Assembly (NCBI GenBank): GCA_964396095.1
Contig: CAYNCK010000075.1
Location: 8,626-72,625 of the forward strand
DNA length: 64,000 bases
Direction: 5' to 3'
Origin: an uncultured Methanosarcinales archaeon
GTDB taxonomy: Archaea; Nanobdellota; Nanobdellia; Woesearchaeales; GW2011-AR4
Of the stretch, positions 35,693-44,742 are shown piece after piece. A program made the translations under genes and the position numbers. Every line of letters starts with the position of its first letter. The stretch's first letter is position 1. A model generated the notes under the pieces. The model had not been told where the DNA came from, searched no databases, and saw only the letters and a list, made by a program, of their open reading frames with translations.

Positions 35693-37180
35693 TTAAACCT
35701 CCACTTCCCTCTTAACCGAAACCTTCCCAATAATTGACCTTAACATATGACCTGTGATTTCTAAATCGTAGAATTTCTTTAATTCAAGTCTTCCATTCAC
35801 GCCGACAATTATCGGATATGTTCCAAACTGCCTGCAGAATGTTGTGTTCCCGTCATAAATCTCTGCATAGCAGTTTGTCAGGATTGTTCCTGATGGAATC
35901 ACTCTCTGCAGCATTGGCCAGTCTATCTTTTGCCTTATTTCATTTCTCCATTTCCAGTACATTTTTTTATTTTTCCTCAAAAACTTATCTTTGCCTTCGT
36001 TAAAAAGCGAAGTTCCTTCAAATATTGCAACCTGGCGGATATTAATCCTCCTAAGCATAAGCCCTTCATCATAAATTCTAGTCAGCCATTTCATGTTCTC
36101 TTCATGTGTTTTCTTTGTTTCATTCCTTAAACCAAATATTATGTTGATGCCGGGCAAAAATCTTGGCATTCCATCCTCTCCCCTCTCGCTTCCGTATTCA
36201 TTCAGTATTTTAACAGCTTCATAAGCGATTGAAGGAGGAGTATTCAGTGTATTCGCTTTCACAACTTCCAAATCAAAGCTTTCAACACCAAAAGCAGCAA
36301 TATTTCCTGAAGTGCAGTATTTCACAATTGCTTTTGTTATGGAAAAATTATTTTTCTTGTCCAAAACAACTTTTACCGGATTTACATTATCAATATGAAT
36401 AACTTTAATGTCAGGACATTCTTTCCTTATGTCTTTCAGCAATTCAGCAGCATAAGGCAAAGTGTAAAAGCAAGTCTGCTTTCCCAATCTAAAATACCTA
36501 GCGCCCAATTTATAGAATTCAATGACTTCATTCAAAACATCTTCTCTCTCACGAAACTCAACTTTATTCTTGATAGGCTCTGTGCAAAACGAGCATTTTC
36601 CAATATCGCATCCGTGCCCTGTCTCAATCTCAATCATCCTGTAATCAGGAATCTGTTTTATTATAGAAGCGCCTTTCAAGGAATATTCCTTGACATCTTT
36701 ATACAAAAAGTTAAACATTGAATAATCAACTTTGTCAAAAACAGATAAATCAGCTTTCTCGTAAAATTTTCCGCCAAACAGCTGCGTTCCAAAAACAGCA
36801 GGGCCTGTCAAAATCTTCTCGCAATTCAAATCCTTAATCATGGGAATAATTTCATGCAAAGTCCCGGGCACAGCTGATAAATACTTACCAGGCACATGGA
36901 CTCCAAGAACAACAATCAAAGTTTCAGTTTCTTCAAGAATTTTCGGGATATTTTTGTGATTTAAAGTAATATTGTAAGTCATAATATCTGTCTTCTGGGA
37001 TTTTTTAATAACTTTAATTTGCCCATTGTGTTTTTTCCATGACCTTAAATCATCTATACTAATATAGTACACTTCTTCATTCAGGTAGCCTGCAATATAC
37101 CTCGGATACGTTCCAAGATACGGAGGAACTCCAAGTCCTGCAGGTTCGTCTGTGTAGCAGTCTAAAATTGTATATTTCAT
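35693..37180 (-). CDS. Radical SAM domain protein with an N-terminal Rossmann/B12-binding-like domain. The cluster motif spacing is Cx4Cx2C.
   Basis: The N-terminal ~190 aa is a flavodoxin-like alpha/beta region. The Cys triad GHGCDIGKCSFCTEP sits at the start of a TIM-barrel-like region, with a glycine-rich SAM-binding segment downstream. 495 aa. Confidence 0.65.
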   Translation of the reverse strand: MKYTILDCYTDEPAGLGVPPYLGTYPRYIAGYLNEEVYYISIDDLRSWKKHNGQIKVIKKSQKTDIMTYNITLNHKNIPKILEETETLIVVLGVHVPGKYLSAVPGTLHEIIPMIKDLNCEKILTGPAVFGTQLFGGKFYEKADLSVFDKVDYSMFNFLYKDVKEYSLKGASIIKQIPDYRMIEIETGHGCDIGKCSFCTEPIKNKVEFREREDVLNEVIEFYKLGARYFRLGKQTCFYTLPYAAELLKDIRKECPDIKVIHIDNVNPVKVVLDKKNNFSITKAIVKYCTSGNIAAFGVESFDLEVVKANTLNTPPSIAYEAVKILNEYGSERGEDGMPRFLPGINIIFGLRNETKKTHEENMKWLTRIYDEGLMLRRINIRQVAIFEGTSLFNEGKDKFLRKNKKMYWKWRNEIRQKIDWPMLQRVIPSGTILTNCYAEIYDGNTTFCRQFGTYPIIVGVNGRLELKKFYDLEITGHMLRSIIGKVSVKREVEV

Positions 37181-37312
37181 ATTGAATAAGTAAGCTCATT
37201 CAATTAAAAATCTTTCCAATATAAATTATAAAATATCTATTCCAACATATATAATTAATTGAAAAATCCGCGAAAAGCTTAAATACCCGTATCTAAAAGA
37301 ATACTATAAACC

Positions 37313-37678
37313 ATGGAGGTGGTCTTTATCGCAGATGTACAAAAGACATACGCAATGATTATTGGAGTTGTGCTGGTTCTTTTAGGACTGGTGGGATTTG
37401 TTAACCATCCAATACTCGGAATATTTGGTGTTAATGTTGCTCAGGATGTATTGCATCTTGTTGGTGGAGGCTTGATACTTTGGCTATCCATGAAGAGCGC
37501 AAAAGCAACCAACATGTGGGTTGGAATTATAGCTCTTGTTGTTGGTCTATTATGGTATGCAGAAGGCCTGGACGGAGGATTACTGGCGAGCATCTTCGGC
37601 ATAAATGCAGCAATCAGCTATCTGCATCTTGCAGTTGGCGTTGTGTCGCTTGGAGTTGCTTACGGAGTCAAGGAGTAA
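37313..37678 (+). CDS. Small membrane protein with 4 TM helices, DUF4383-like.
   Basis: GFVNHPILGIFGVNVAQDVLHLVGGGLILW pattern in a 121-aa hydrophobic protein. Confidence 0.5.
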   Translation: MEVVFIADVQKTYAMIIGVVLVLLGLVGFVNHPILGIFGVNVAQDVLHLVGGGLILWLSMKSAKATNMWVGIIALVVGLLWYAEGLDGGLLASIFGINAAISYLHLAVGVVSLGVAYGVKE

Positions 37679-37704
37679 AAGCTCCTTTTTTTCTTTTTTA
37701 TTTT

Positions 37705-37914
37705 ATGAAACAAAATAAACCTCTAGATATTATAGGAACAATTATTCTTGGAGCAGGAATGCTGATAGCTTTCTCATCCCATGCATTTCATTCAAAGATT
37801 GGATTGGGAGAAGAAACATCGCATATAACCCACATAATTTACGGAATAGTTCTTGTTCTTCTAGGACTGGGAATTCTTATTTGGAACAACAAGGCTTTGA
37901 AGAGCTGGAAATGA
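37705..37914 (+). CDS. Small 2-TM membrane protein.
   Basis: MKQNKPLDIIGTIILGAGMLIAFSSHAF...IIYGIVLVLLGLGILIW. This is the internal-Met version of the 37480-37914 ORF, which otherwise overlaps the preceding gene. Confidence 0.35.
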   Translation: MKQNKPLDIIGTIILGAGMLIAFSSHAFHSKIGLGEETSHITHIIYGIVLVLLGLGILIWNNKALKSWK

Positions 37915-37931
37915 AGATTTTCAGAATTAAT

Positions 37932-38264
37932 TCACCTATTTTTGTAATTTGAGTAAGCCTGACGTACTCTTTTGGAAGTGTATTCAACTACCCTATTAAA
38001 ATATTCTACTGCTAAAGAAACCCCCATTCCAACAGGTATTACAAATGCTGACAATTCTAATTTTAATGCTTCCGGGTGTGGATTGTGGCTTAGATACTCC
38101 CTGTATTGAGGATTAAGCGACATAATGGTGTACACTAGGGCTGCACCACCAACCCCACCTGTTGTAGCTCTTCTTAATGGAGTTTTAGTTATTGCTTTTG
38201 CAAAGGAATTATTAACTATCTTTTCCAGTACTTTTCGTGTAGAACTTCTTGACTCTCGAATCAT
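37932..38264 (-). CDS. Hypothetical protein.
   Basis: 110-aa ORF with a Gly-rich hydrophobic segment TTGGVGGAALVYTIMSL. Confidence 0.3.
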   Translation of the reverse strand: MIRESRSSTRKVLEKIVNNSFAKAITKTPLRRATTGGVGGAALVYTIMSLNPQYREYLSHNPHPEALKLELSAFVIPVGMGVSLAVEYFNRVVEYTSKRVRQAYSNYKNR

Positions 38265-38371
38265 AATCTGAAAAAAATGAACGCTTTTATTTAAAACTTT
38301 TCTTACTTAAGACAATACAACCGATTTTTATTATTTATCTTTAAGAAACATTTAAATTAACCCAAAAAATC

Positions 38372-38983
38372 ATGATTCATATGCTTTGGCTCATATTTGG
38401 AATAATAATTGCACTGCTTGTTTTGTTTCTAATTAATTTCTACAGGGACCCGAATAGAATCATCCCAAAAGGAAATAATATTTTATCACCTGCAGACGGA
38501 AAAGTAATAAGCATAATAGATACGTCCAAAGATATAATCAAAATTAAAAAAGGAATTTTTGGAAAAATAAAAACAATGACAAAAGATGTTGCAAAAGAAT
38601 GCATTGTCATCTCAATTTTCATGTCGCCATTGGATGCGCACATTAACAGGGCACCGATTGAAGGCACGATAAAATCAATAAGGCACACCAAAGGAACATT
38701 TTTCAAGGCTTATGACCTGGAAAAGAGCCTGCAGAATGAGAAAAACGAAATAATAATCCAAAACAAAAAGCTAAAAATCAAGGTTATTCAGATTGCAGGC
38801 TTTCTTGCAAGAAGGATAATCTGCAGGGTAAAAGTTAATCAAAAAGTTAATAAAGGATCCAAAATAGGCATGATAGCCCTGGGAAGCCAGACAACATTGG
38901 TTATTCCGAAAGGGGTGAATTTAAGGATTAAGCTGGGCCAAAAAGTAAAGGCAGGCTCAACCATAATAGCTGAACTAAAATGA
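38372..38983 (+). CDS. psd: Phosphatidylserine (archaetidylserine) decarboxylase proenzyme.
   Basis: FMSPLDAHINRAPIEG, plus the autocatalytic LGS/T cleavage motif near the C-terminus (MIALGSQTTL). Confidence 0.8.
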   Translation: MIHMLWLIFGIIIALLVLFLINFYRDPNRIIPKGNNILSPADGKVISIIDTSKDIIKIKKGIFGKIKTMTKDVAKECIVISIFMSPLDAHINRAPIEGTIKSIRHTKGTFFKAYDLEKSLQNEKNEIIIQNKKLKIKVIQIAGFLARRIICRVKVNQKVNKGSKIGMIALGSQTTLVIPKGVNLRIKLGQKVKAGSTIIAELK

Positions 38984-39537
38984 ACGACTTTTTTTTGATG
39001 CTTTCACATTTCCTGAAAAATCCTAAAGAGGTAGGAGCAATTGCACCAAGCTCAAGTTTTCTTGCACAGGAGATAGTTTCAAGCATTGACTTCAGCGGCT
39101 CAAAAAACATTGTCGAGCTAGGGTCTGGCACAGGAAAATTCACAAGGCTTATTCTTAAAAATGCCGGGCTAAGCACAAAGCTTATCTGTTTTGAGGTAAA
39201 CAATAAATTCTGCAGCATTCTGTCAAAAAGCATTGATGATGCCAGGATGATTTTAATTAATTCAGGAGCAACCACCATCAAGTCCAATCTAAAAAAGATG
39301 AACTTAAAAGAGGCTGACTGCATCGTGTCAGGGCTTCCTTTCAAGAACTTTCCGGAATCTAAGCAAGTTGAAATAATAACTGAAGTCAAAAATTCATTAA
39401 GCAAAAATGGAAAATTCATTCTTTTCCAATACACAAAAAGCTTGGGCAAAATGCTTGAGTCAAACTTCAAAAGCGTGAAAAGAAGCTTTGTCCCGTTAAA
39501 CCTGCCCCCTGCGTTTGTTTATGTCTGCGAGAAGTAA
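38980..39537 (+). CDS. Class I SAM-dependent methyltransferase, phospholipid N-methyltransferase (PmtA/COG3963)-like.
   Basis: N-terminus FLKNPKEVGAIAPSSSFLAQEIV, then SAM motif I VELGSGTGKFT. It is coupled to psd by a 4-nt overlap. Confidence 0.6.
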   Translation: MNDFFLMLSHFLKNPKEVGAIAPSSSFLAQEIVSSIDFSGSKNIVELGSGTGKFTRLILKNAGLSTKLICFEVNNKFCSILSKSIDDARMILINSGATTIKSNLKKMNLKEADCIVSGLPFKNFPESKQVEIITEVKNSLSKNGKFILFQYTKSLGKMLESNFKSVKRSFVPLNLPPAFVYVCEK

Positions 39538-40597
39538 AATGAGAATAAGGATAAAAAGGGAGAGGATATTCCTTGCCCTTACATTGCTGAGGATAGTCCT
39601 TGCTTTTGTCGTCGGCATCCTTGTCCTTAATGAAAAAAACAACATCGCAAGGATTTTCTTCATTGTAACTGCGCTAATCTCATTTTTTGAGGGCTTCATC
39701 AGCAAGAAGCTGATTGAAAAGTCCCTGCTCAAGTCAATTCTTGATTTTTTTGCTGACAAGCTCCTTGTCAACATTGTTGCGCTAGTTCTTGCTGTAAAAG
39801 GAATTCTTCCTCTTTGGGTCATGCTGGTTTTCCTGGCAAGGGACATTATAACCTTAGTCATAGGGTTTATTTTATTTTATAGGGATTTCAGGAGGGAATT
39901 CAAGGCTACAGTCCTTGGAAAGATAAGCCTGTTTTTCCAGATAATTGCCCTCATTCCTGCACTGATGGGCAATCTAGACTGGATATTGATATGGATTGCT
40001 ATAGTTATGACAGCGACTGCAGGCATAGAGGCTTTATTTAAGTCAGAATTCAGATTGATAAAGAAAAAAACAGCCATGGACGATTTCAAGATGATGAGGC
40101 TGATAAAGTTTGCTGACGTTTTCACACTGACAAATGTCATTTTTGGAATCATAAGCATACTTTTTTCTGTCAAAGGATGGTACGCAAGCGCAAGCGCAAT
40201 GCTCATTCTGGCTGTTGCATCTGATTATCTTGACGGAAAGATTGCAAAGGAAATGGGGCAGCAGAACGAGTTTGGAAAGGAGCTTGATTCTCTGGCTGAC
40301 ACCGTATCATTTGGAGTTGCTCCTGCAATATTCGGGTTTACATTGATACAGACGCCGTTGGCAGTAATCTCCTTTACAATATTCCTCTTTTGCGGAATTT
40401 TAAGGCTTGCAAGGTACAACATAATGGACTTCAAAGGTGGATATCAGGGATTGCCGATAACTTTGAACGGATTAATAATCCCGCTAATTTATTTTTCGCG
40501 CAATCTGCTCCACATAGAAATAAAGTTCTTCCCTTACATATATCTTGTTCTCGGAATATTGATGGTTTCTTCGATAAAAATTAAAAAGGTGTTCTAA
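39515..40597 (+). CDS. CDP-alcohol phosphatidyltransferase with a duplicated membrane domain (archaetidylserine synthase-like).
   Basis: The C-terminal half has the canonical D-x2-D-G-x2-A-K-x8-G-x3-D-x3-D motif (DYLDGKIAKEMGQQNEFGKELDSLAD). The N-terminal half keeps only a degenerate motif (LDFFADKLL). It sits directly after psd and the methyltransferase. Confidence 0.7.
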   Translation: MFMSARSKMRIRIKRERIFLALTLLRIVLAFVVGILVLNEKNNIARIFFIVTALISFFEGFISKKLIEKSLLKSILDFFADKLLVNIVALVLAVKGILPLWVMLVFLARDIITLVIGFILFYRDFRREFKATVLGKISLFFQIIALIPALMGNLDWILIWIAIVMTATAGIEALFKSEFRLIKKKTAMDDFKMMRLIKFADVFTLTNVIFGIISILFSVKGWYASASAMLILAVASDYLDGKIAKEMGQQNEFGKELDSLADTVSFGVAPAIFGFTLIQTPLAVISFTIFLFCGILRLARYNIMDFKGGYQGLPITLNGLIIPLIYFSRNLLHIEIKFFPYIYLVLGILMVSSIKIKKVF

Positions 40598-41645
40598 TTC
40601 CTGAATTTTTCTTTTTTGAAATCTTAATAAGCTTATATAAATAAACAATCATTGCCAAATAAACTGCCGCAACAGTAATCGTCAGCAAATAGCCATAATA
40701 ATCGAACTCTATCAGTATGGCAATTAAGGAAGTATACATCAGCCCTACACTCAGCCTTGCCACGAATGTAACTGGAACTACTTTAAGCTTTTTGGCATAA
40801 ATCATTTTTGCAGCTCCGCTCATTATAGAAGGTATGATTAGCAATAAAAACCAGAATAATTCCAGCTTATTTTTTGCAACCAGAATAATAAGCGTAACCA
40901 GTATCAAAGTCCAGTCGGTAAATGCGTCCAGCCCGTTCCCAAGTTCCGTTTTCTGGTTCATCAGCCTGGCAGAAATTCCGTCAATCTTGTCGCTCAGTGT
41001 TATGATTGCAAAAATAATCAATGCAAAGCGGGTGATTGAATTCAAAAGATAGTAAACAAACGGTATAATGAGCAAAAACCTCGATAAGGTTATCATATTC
41101 GGCAGGTTGACTATTTTATTTCCAGTCATACTCCTTATTCTGACAAGATATTCAATTCCTGAAACAATTGTAAGAACTACAGCAGCAATCATCAAGTAGT
41201 GGCTGTAGGGGAGCTGGAGAAGCACAAAAACAATTGCAATGCTCTGGACAACAGTTTTTGCCTTTCCAAAAATGCTTGCAGCAATGACAAGCTTCATAGG
41301 AATCATGTAAATCCTGACTGCCGTCAAAATAGTCTCTCTTGCAATTATTGATGCAGCCATCCAAAGCTCAATGCCCTTGTATCCCTGGACAACAAGGAAT
41401 ATCATTGCAGTTGATATGAGCAGCTTGTCTGCAATCGGGTCTATGAGCTTCCCGAGCTCAGTAACCTGCCTTTTCTTTCTTGCAATATACCCGTCAAGAA
41501 AATCTGAAATCGAAAGCATTGCAAAAATAAAGGCAGCCAGCTCGTCCTTATAAGGCATTCTTACAATCAAAATAAGTGCAAAAAGCGGGATAAGAAGAAC
41601 CCTTATTATCGTGATTTTATTGGGAATGTTAAATGTGAATTTCAT
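40581..41645 (-). CDS. Tandem-domain CDP-alcohol phosphatidyltransferase with two complete catalytic motifs.
   Basis: Motif 1 DFLDGYIARKKRQVTELGKLIDPIAD. Motif 2 DKIDGISARLMNQKTELGNGLDAFTD. Each half has ~6 TM helices. Confidence 0.75.
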   Translation of the reverse strand: MKFTFNIPNKITIIRVLLIPLFALILIVRMPYKDELAAFIFAMLSISDFLDGYIARKKRQVTELGKLIDPIADKLLISTAMIFLVVQGYKGIELWMAASIIARETILTAVRIYMIPMKLVIAASIFGKAKTVVQSIAIVFVLLQLPYSHYLMIAAVVLTIVSGIEYLVRIRSMTGNKIVNLPNMITLSRFLLIIPFVYYLLNSITRFALIIFAIITLSDKIDGISARLMNQKTELGNGLDAFTDWTLILVTLIILVAKNKLELFWFLLLIIPSIMSGAAKMIYAKKLKVVPVTFVARLSVGLMYTSLIAILIEFDYYGYLLTITVAAVYLAMIVYLYKLIKISKKKNSGIRTPF

Positions 41646-41735
41646 ATTTTTTATAGTTTTAACAACCGCTTAAATATTTTTCTGAATTCTCCAATTCATG
41701 GAAAGATATTTAAATTTAAATCCAAAAGCAAGTTC

Positions 41736-42284
41736 ATGGCAGTATCTCTTGCAATATTCTTGCTTCAATGCTTCTACTTCATGCTTCCTGGGTATTTTGC
41801 AAACATGGCCCCAGTTATGATAAAAAAAATCAATTTGCTTGTTTTCCCCATTGATTTCAACGCAAAAATAAATAACAAGCCCGTACTTGGAAAAAACAAA
41901 ACTTTCAGGGGATTGATTTTTGGCATAATTTTTTCAATTATTATTGCATATTTCCAATATTTCCTGTACAGTATTGAATTTTTCAAAAACGTGTCATTTT
42001 TCAATTATAATAATTGGCTTGCATTCGGGATTTTGATGGGTCTTGGGGCGTTGTCCGGGGATATGATTAAAAGCTTTTTCAAAAGAAGAGTCAATATTAA
42101 ACCTGGCAACAAATTTATACCATTTGACCAGATGGATTTTGTAATCGGCTCGTTCATATTTATTATTCCTTTATTAGGCTTCAATTTAAGAATATTCATT
42201 GCATCATTGCTGTTAAGCTTTGTCCTTGACATTATGGTGAATCATCTCGCATTTTATCTCGGAATAAGGAATGAGAAATGGTGA
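41736..42284 (+). CDS. carS: CDP-archaeol synthase.
   Basis: 182-aa membrane protein. LGKNKTFRG and SGDMIKSFFKRRVNIKPGNKFIPFDQMDFVIGS correspond to the CTP-transferase motifs shared with CdsA. It lies in a lipid head-group gene cluster. Confidence 0.7.
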   Translation: MAVSLAIFLLQCFYFMLPGYFANMAPVMIKKINLLVFPIDFNAKINNKPVLGKNKTFRGLIFGIIFSIIIAYFQYFLYSIEFFKNVSFFNYNNWLAFGILMGLGALSGDMIKSFFKRRVNIKPGNKFIPFDQMDFVIGSFIFIIPLLGFNLRIFIASLLLSFVLDIMVNHLAFYLGIRNEKW

Positions 42285-42752
42285 TTAAACAAAAAATAAA
42301 ATGCTTGCAATTATTATAAATCCAATATTATAAAAAACCATCCTGTAATGGTTTTTTTCTTTTCTATTGTAAATGAGCGATGCCGTAGGAAGCCAGTACA
42401 TCATGATAAGCGCAGACTCGATTGCAAATAAATTTGGGTTATTGGAGCTTAGAAAAAACATCACCCCCAATGCGCTTGAATGCACTATAGATTTTTTCAG
42501 CATGTCGTTGGCTTTGTATTCTGTAATAATCATGAATATAAAATACAAAACCAGCACCACTAGGTAGAATATCTTGCTGAAATAATAAAAAATCAGGAAT
42601 GGAAAAATAATAAACAGGATTATTCTTCTTGCAAAAATAAGATAATTTTGCATGGGCTTCTGCTCTTCAGGCGCGATTATTACAAGAAGAATGCCAACTA
42701 TCAAACCGCAAAATGTAATTACAGAGGCAAAAAAGTAATTTATGAATTGCAT
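42285..42752 (-). CDS. Hypothetical polytopic membrane protein.
   Basis: 155 aa with 4-5 hydrophobic helices. No recognisable motif. Confidence 0.4.
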   Translation of the reverse strand: MQFINYFFASVITFCGLIVGILLVIIAPEEQKPMQNYLIFARRIILFIIFPFLIFYYFSKIFYLVVLVLYFIFMIITEYKANDMLKKSIVHSSALGVMFFLSSNNPNLFAIESALIMMYWLPTASLIYNRKEKNHYRMVFYNIGFIIIASILFFV

Positions 42753-42756
42753 TTAA

Positions 42757-43212
42757 TCATCTTATTTTGTTTATCTTGATTAATCTTCGGGCATGCCTTT
42801 TATCATTGCTGAAATCTGTCTTAAGCCATGAATTTACGGCATCAATCGCTTCTTTTTTTGAAAGAAACCTTGCGCCAAGCGACAGGATGTTTGAATCATT
42901 GTGTGTTCTGGATAATTTTACTATCTCGGGTTTGCTGCCGTAGTAAACCGCAGCTCTTGCTCCTTTTATTTTGTTGGCTGCGATTGCCTCGCCTTGCCCT
43001 GAGCCCCCAAGAATTATTCCAATGTTGTTTTCCGACTCTGCAACTTTTTTTGCGACCGGAATTATGAAATCAGGATAATCATCGTCAGCGTCAAAAGAAT
43101 GCGCTCCAAAATCATGCACTTCGTAGCCCTGCAATCCAAGATATTTTTTTATTTCTTCCTTAAGCTCAAATCCGGCATGGTCGGTTCCCAAAAAGATTTT
43201 ATGTTTTTTCAT
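42757..43212 (-). CDS. rpiB: Ribose-5-phosphate isomerase B (RpiB/LacAB family).
   Basis: KIFLGTDHAGFELKEEIKKYL...IGIILGGSGQGEAIAANKIKGARAA. Confidence 0.85.
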   Translation of the reverse strand: MKKHKIFLGTDHAGFELKEEIKKYLGLQGYEVHDFGAHSFDADDDYPDFIIPVAKKVAESENNIGIILGGSGQGEAIAANKIKGARAAVYYGSKPEIVKLSRTHNDSNILSLGARFLSKKEAIDAVNSWLKTDFSNDKRHARRLIKINKIR

Positions 43213-43242
43213 TTGTGTTAGGCCAATTTTGCGATATGGTTT

Positions 43243-43641
43243 CTACGTTAATCCCAATACTTTTAAATCTTTCTGCAATCCCGGAACGCAGGGGTAATTT
43301 TTTACTTCATTTATGCTTATCCATCTAAAATCTACATTCTCATGATCAAGCTTTATGCTTCTTGACTTAACCTCGCAAAGAAAAGGCATCACAATCCAGG
43401 TTTTCCCTTTATTTTTATCAACAGCAGGAAATATTTTTCCAATATTTTTTATTTTTGCGCTTAACCCGGTTTCTTCTTTTATTTCTCTTAATACAGTATC
43501 TTCGGCGGATTCAAACTCCTTAACATAGCCCGAGCAGAAGCTCCATTTGTTAGGGTAATTGTAGTCATCAAAGGATTTTTTCAGGATAAGAATTTTACCT
43601 TTGTTTCTGACAACTCCAGTGACTGCAAAATATGTCTTCAT
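43243..43641 (-). CDS. NUDIX hydrolase.
   Basis: Nudix box GYVKEFESAEDTVLREIKEETGL. Confidence 0.8.
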   Translation of the reverse strand: MKTYFAVTGVVRNKGKILILKKSFDDYNYPNKWSFCSGYVKEFESAEDTVLREIKEETGLSAKIKNIGKIFPAVDKNKGKTWIVMPFLCEVKSRSIKLDHENVDFRWISINEVKNYPCVPGLQKDLKVLGLT

Positions 43642-43673
43642 TATAGTTTAGAATAAGAAGTGATATTTAAGCT

Positions 43674-43940
43674 TTAATACCAGGTGCCCCTCCATGTAGA
43701 ATGTCCCCACTGTACCAGTAAATCAACACCAATCCTTTCAACCTGCAAAGGAACATCACATGCACCGAAGCATGATCCCATCCAGATTATTGCATTTGCA
43801 TTGGTGTTTTTTTCTATAGCCTGCTGTATCTCTTTTGCCCTTGGCTTTAACCCGTCCGGCAGTTGAACGCACACCATTTTTGTGTTATCCTTATTGATTC
43901 TTTCAATTACTTTGTTTAGTTCAAGGTCGTAGTTGTCCAT
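43674..43940 (-). pseudogene. Diphthamide synthesis Dph2-like N-terminal fragment (88 aa). The remaining ~250 aa are missing.
   Basis: MVCVQLPDGLKPRAKEIQQAIE...IIWMGSCFGACDVPLQ...VDLLVQWGHS matches the Dph2 N-terminal domain (LQfPdGL...GaC...dlivHyGHS). The ORF stops after 88 aa, and the NUDIX gene starts 33 nt downstream. Confidence 0.55.
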
Positions 43941-43983
43941 AGATAATAGAAATATTTGTTCGTTTAAAAAGCTATTTGATTGT

Positions 43984-44736
43984 TTACAAAAGTTTTCTAA
44001 CTAGACTATCATATTGTGTATTTAATTTTTTTTGGGTCATGTCCAGAAAATCTGCAACACCATTATATGGGGAGAAATTAATTTGTAAACCTTTTGGAGA
44101 TTTATCGCTTATTCTTTGCCTCAAGGCTTCAACAGTACTATCTATCCTCTTTTTCAGCACATATGCTTCAATAACATCACCATATCTTCCCAGCTTTCCT
44201 TCGCCGACAAAAGATGGAATTTTTATATTCTTACTTTTTGCTTCTTCAAATATATCAAGAATTCTTTCATAATCTGAAAGTGCTTTTAGTAAATTATACT
44301 GCTTAACATATTCCCCAATATCAGCGTGAGATACAACAGGACTTTTTATTCCAGTTAGATTCATAGGCTCATTCTTTCCTATAATGTTATATGTTGCCAA
44401 ACTAGTTAATATTTGAGCCTGCCTGGCCAATGCAACTATTTCTGTCCCCCTAAAATAACCTGAGTTTAAATCCCTAGAATTAAGCCCTAGATAAGATCTT
44501 TTTGATTTATTTACAGCTTCATCAAGGCACTCGTATGCTTCCCGGTATATTTCATTTGTTTTTCCTTTATTCAGTTTTTCTATTGATTCGCGAATTACCT
44601 CAATTATTCCATCATCAGAATTATGCTTTGAAGCTGCAATGGTTTCCAAAGGCCTTAATGTTTTAGATGCTGCTAAACCAAGGATTCCTTTTCCGCTAAA
44701 TTCTAAAAATCCCCTTCGTGATAATTTTTCATCCAT
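43984..44736 (-). CDS. Hypothetical secreted protein with a twin-arginine (Tat) signal peptide.
   Basis: N-terminus MDEKLSRRGFLEFSGKGILGLAASKTL fits the S/T-R-R-x-F-L-K Tat consensus followed by a hydrophobic region and AxA-like site. Confidence 0.5.
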   Translation of the reverse strand: MDEKLSRRGFLEFSGKGILGLAASKTLRPLETIAASKHNSDDGIIEVIRESIEKLNKGKTNEIYREAYECLDEAVNKSKRSYLGLNSRDLNSGYFRGTEIVALARQAQILTSLATYNIIGKNEPMNLTGIKSPVVSHADIGEYVKQYNLLKALSDYERILDIFEEAKSKNIKIPSFVGEGKLGRYGDVIEAYVLKKRIDSTVEALRQRISDKSPKGLQINFSPYNGVADFLDMTQKKLNTQYDSLVRKLL

Positions 44737-44742
44737 TTTCTT

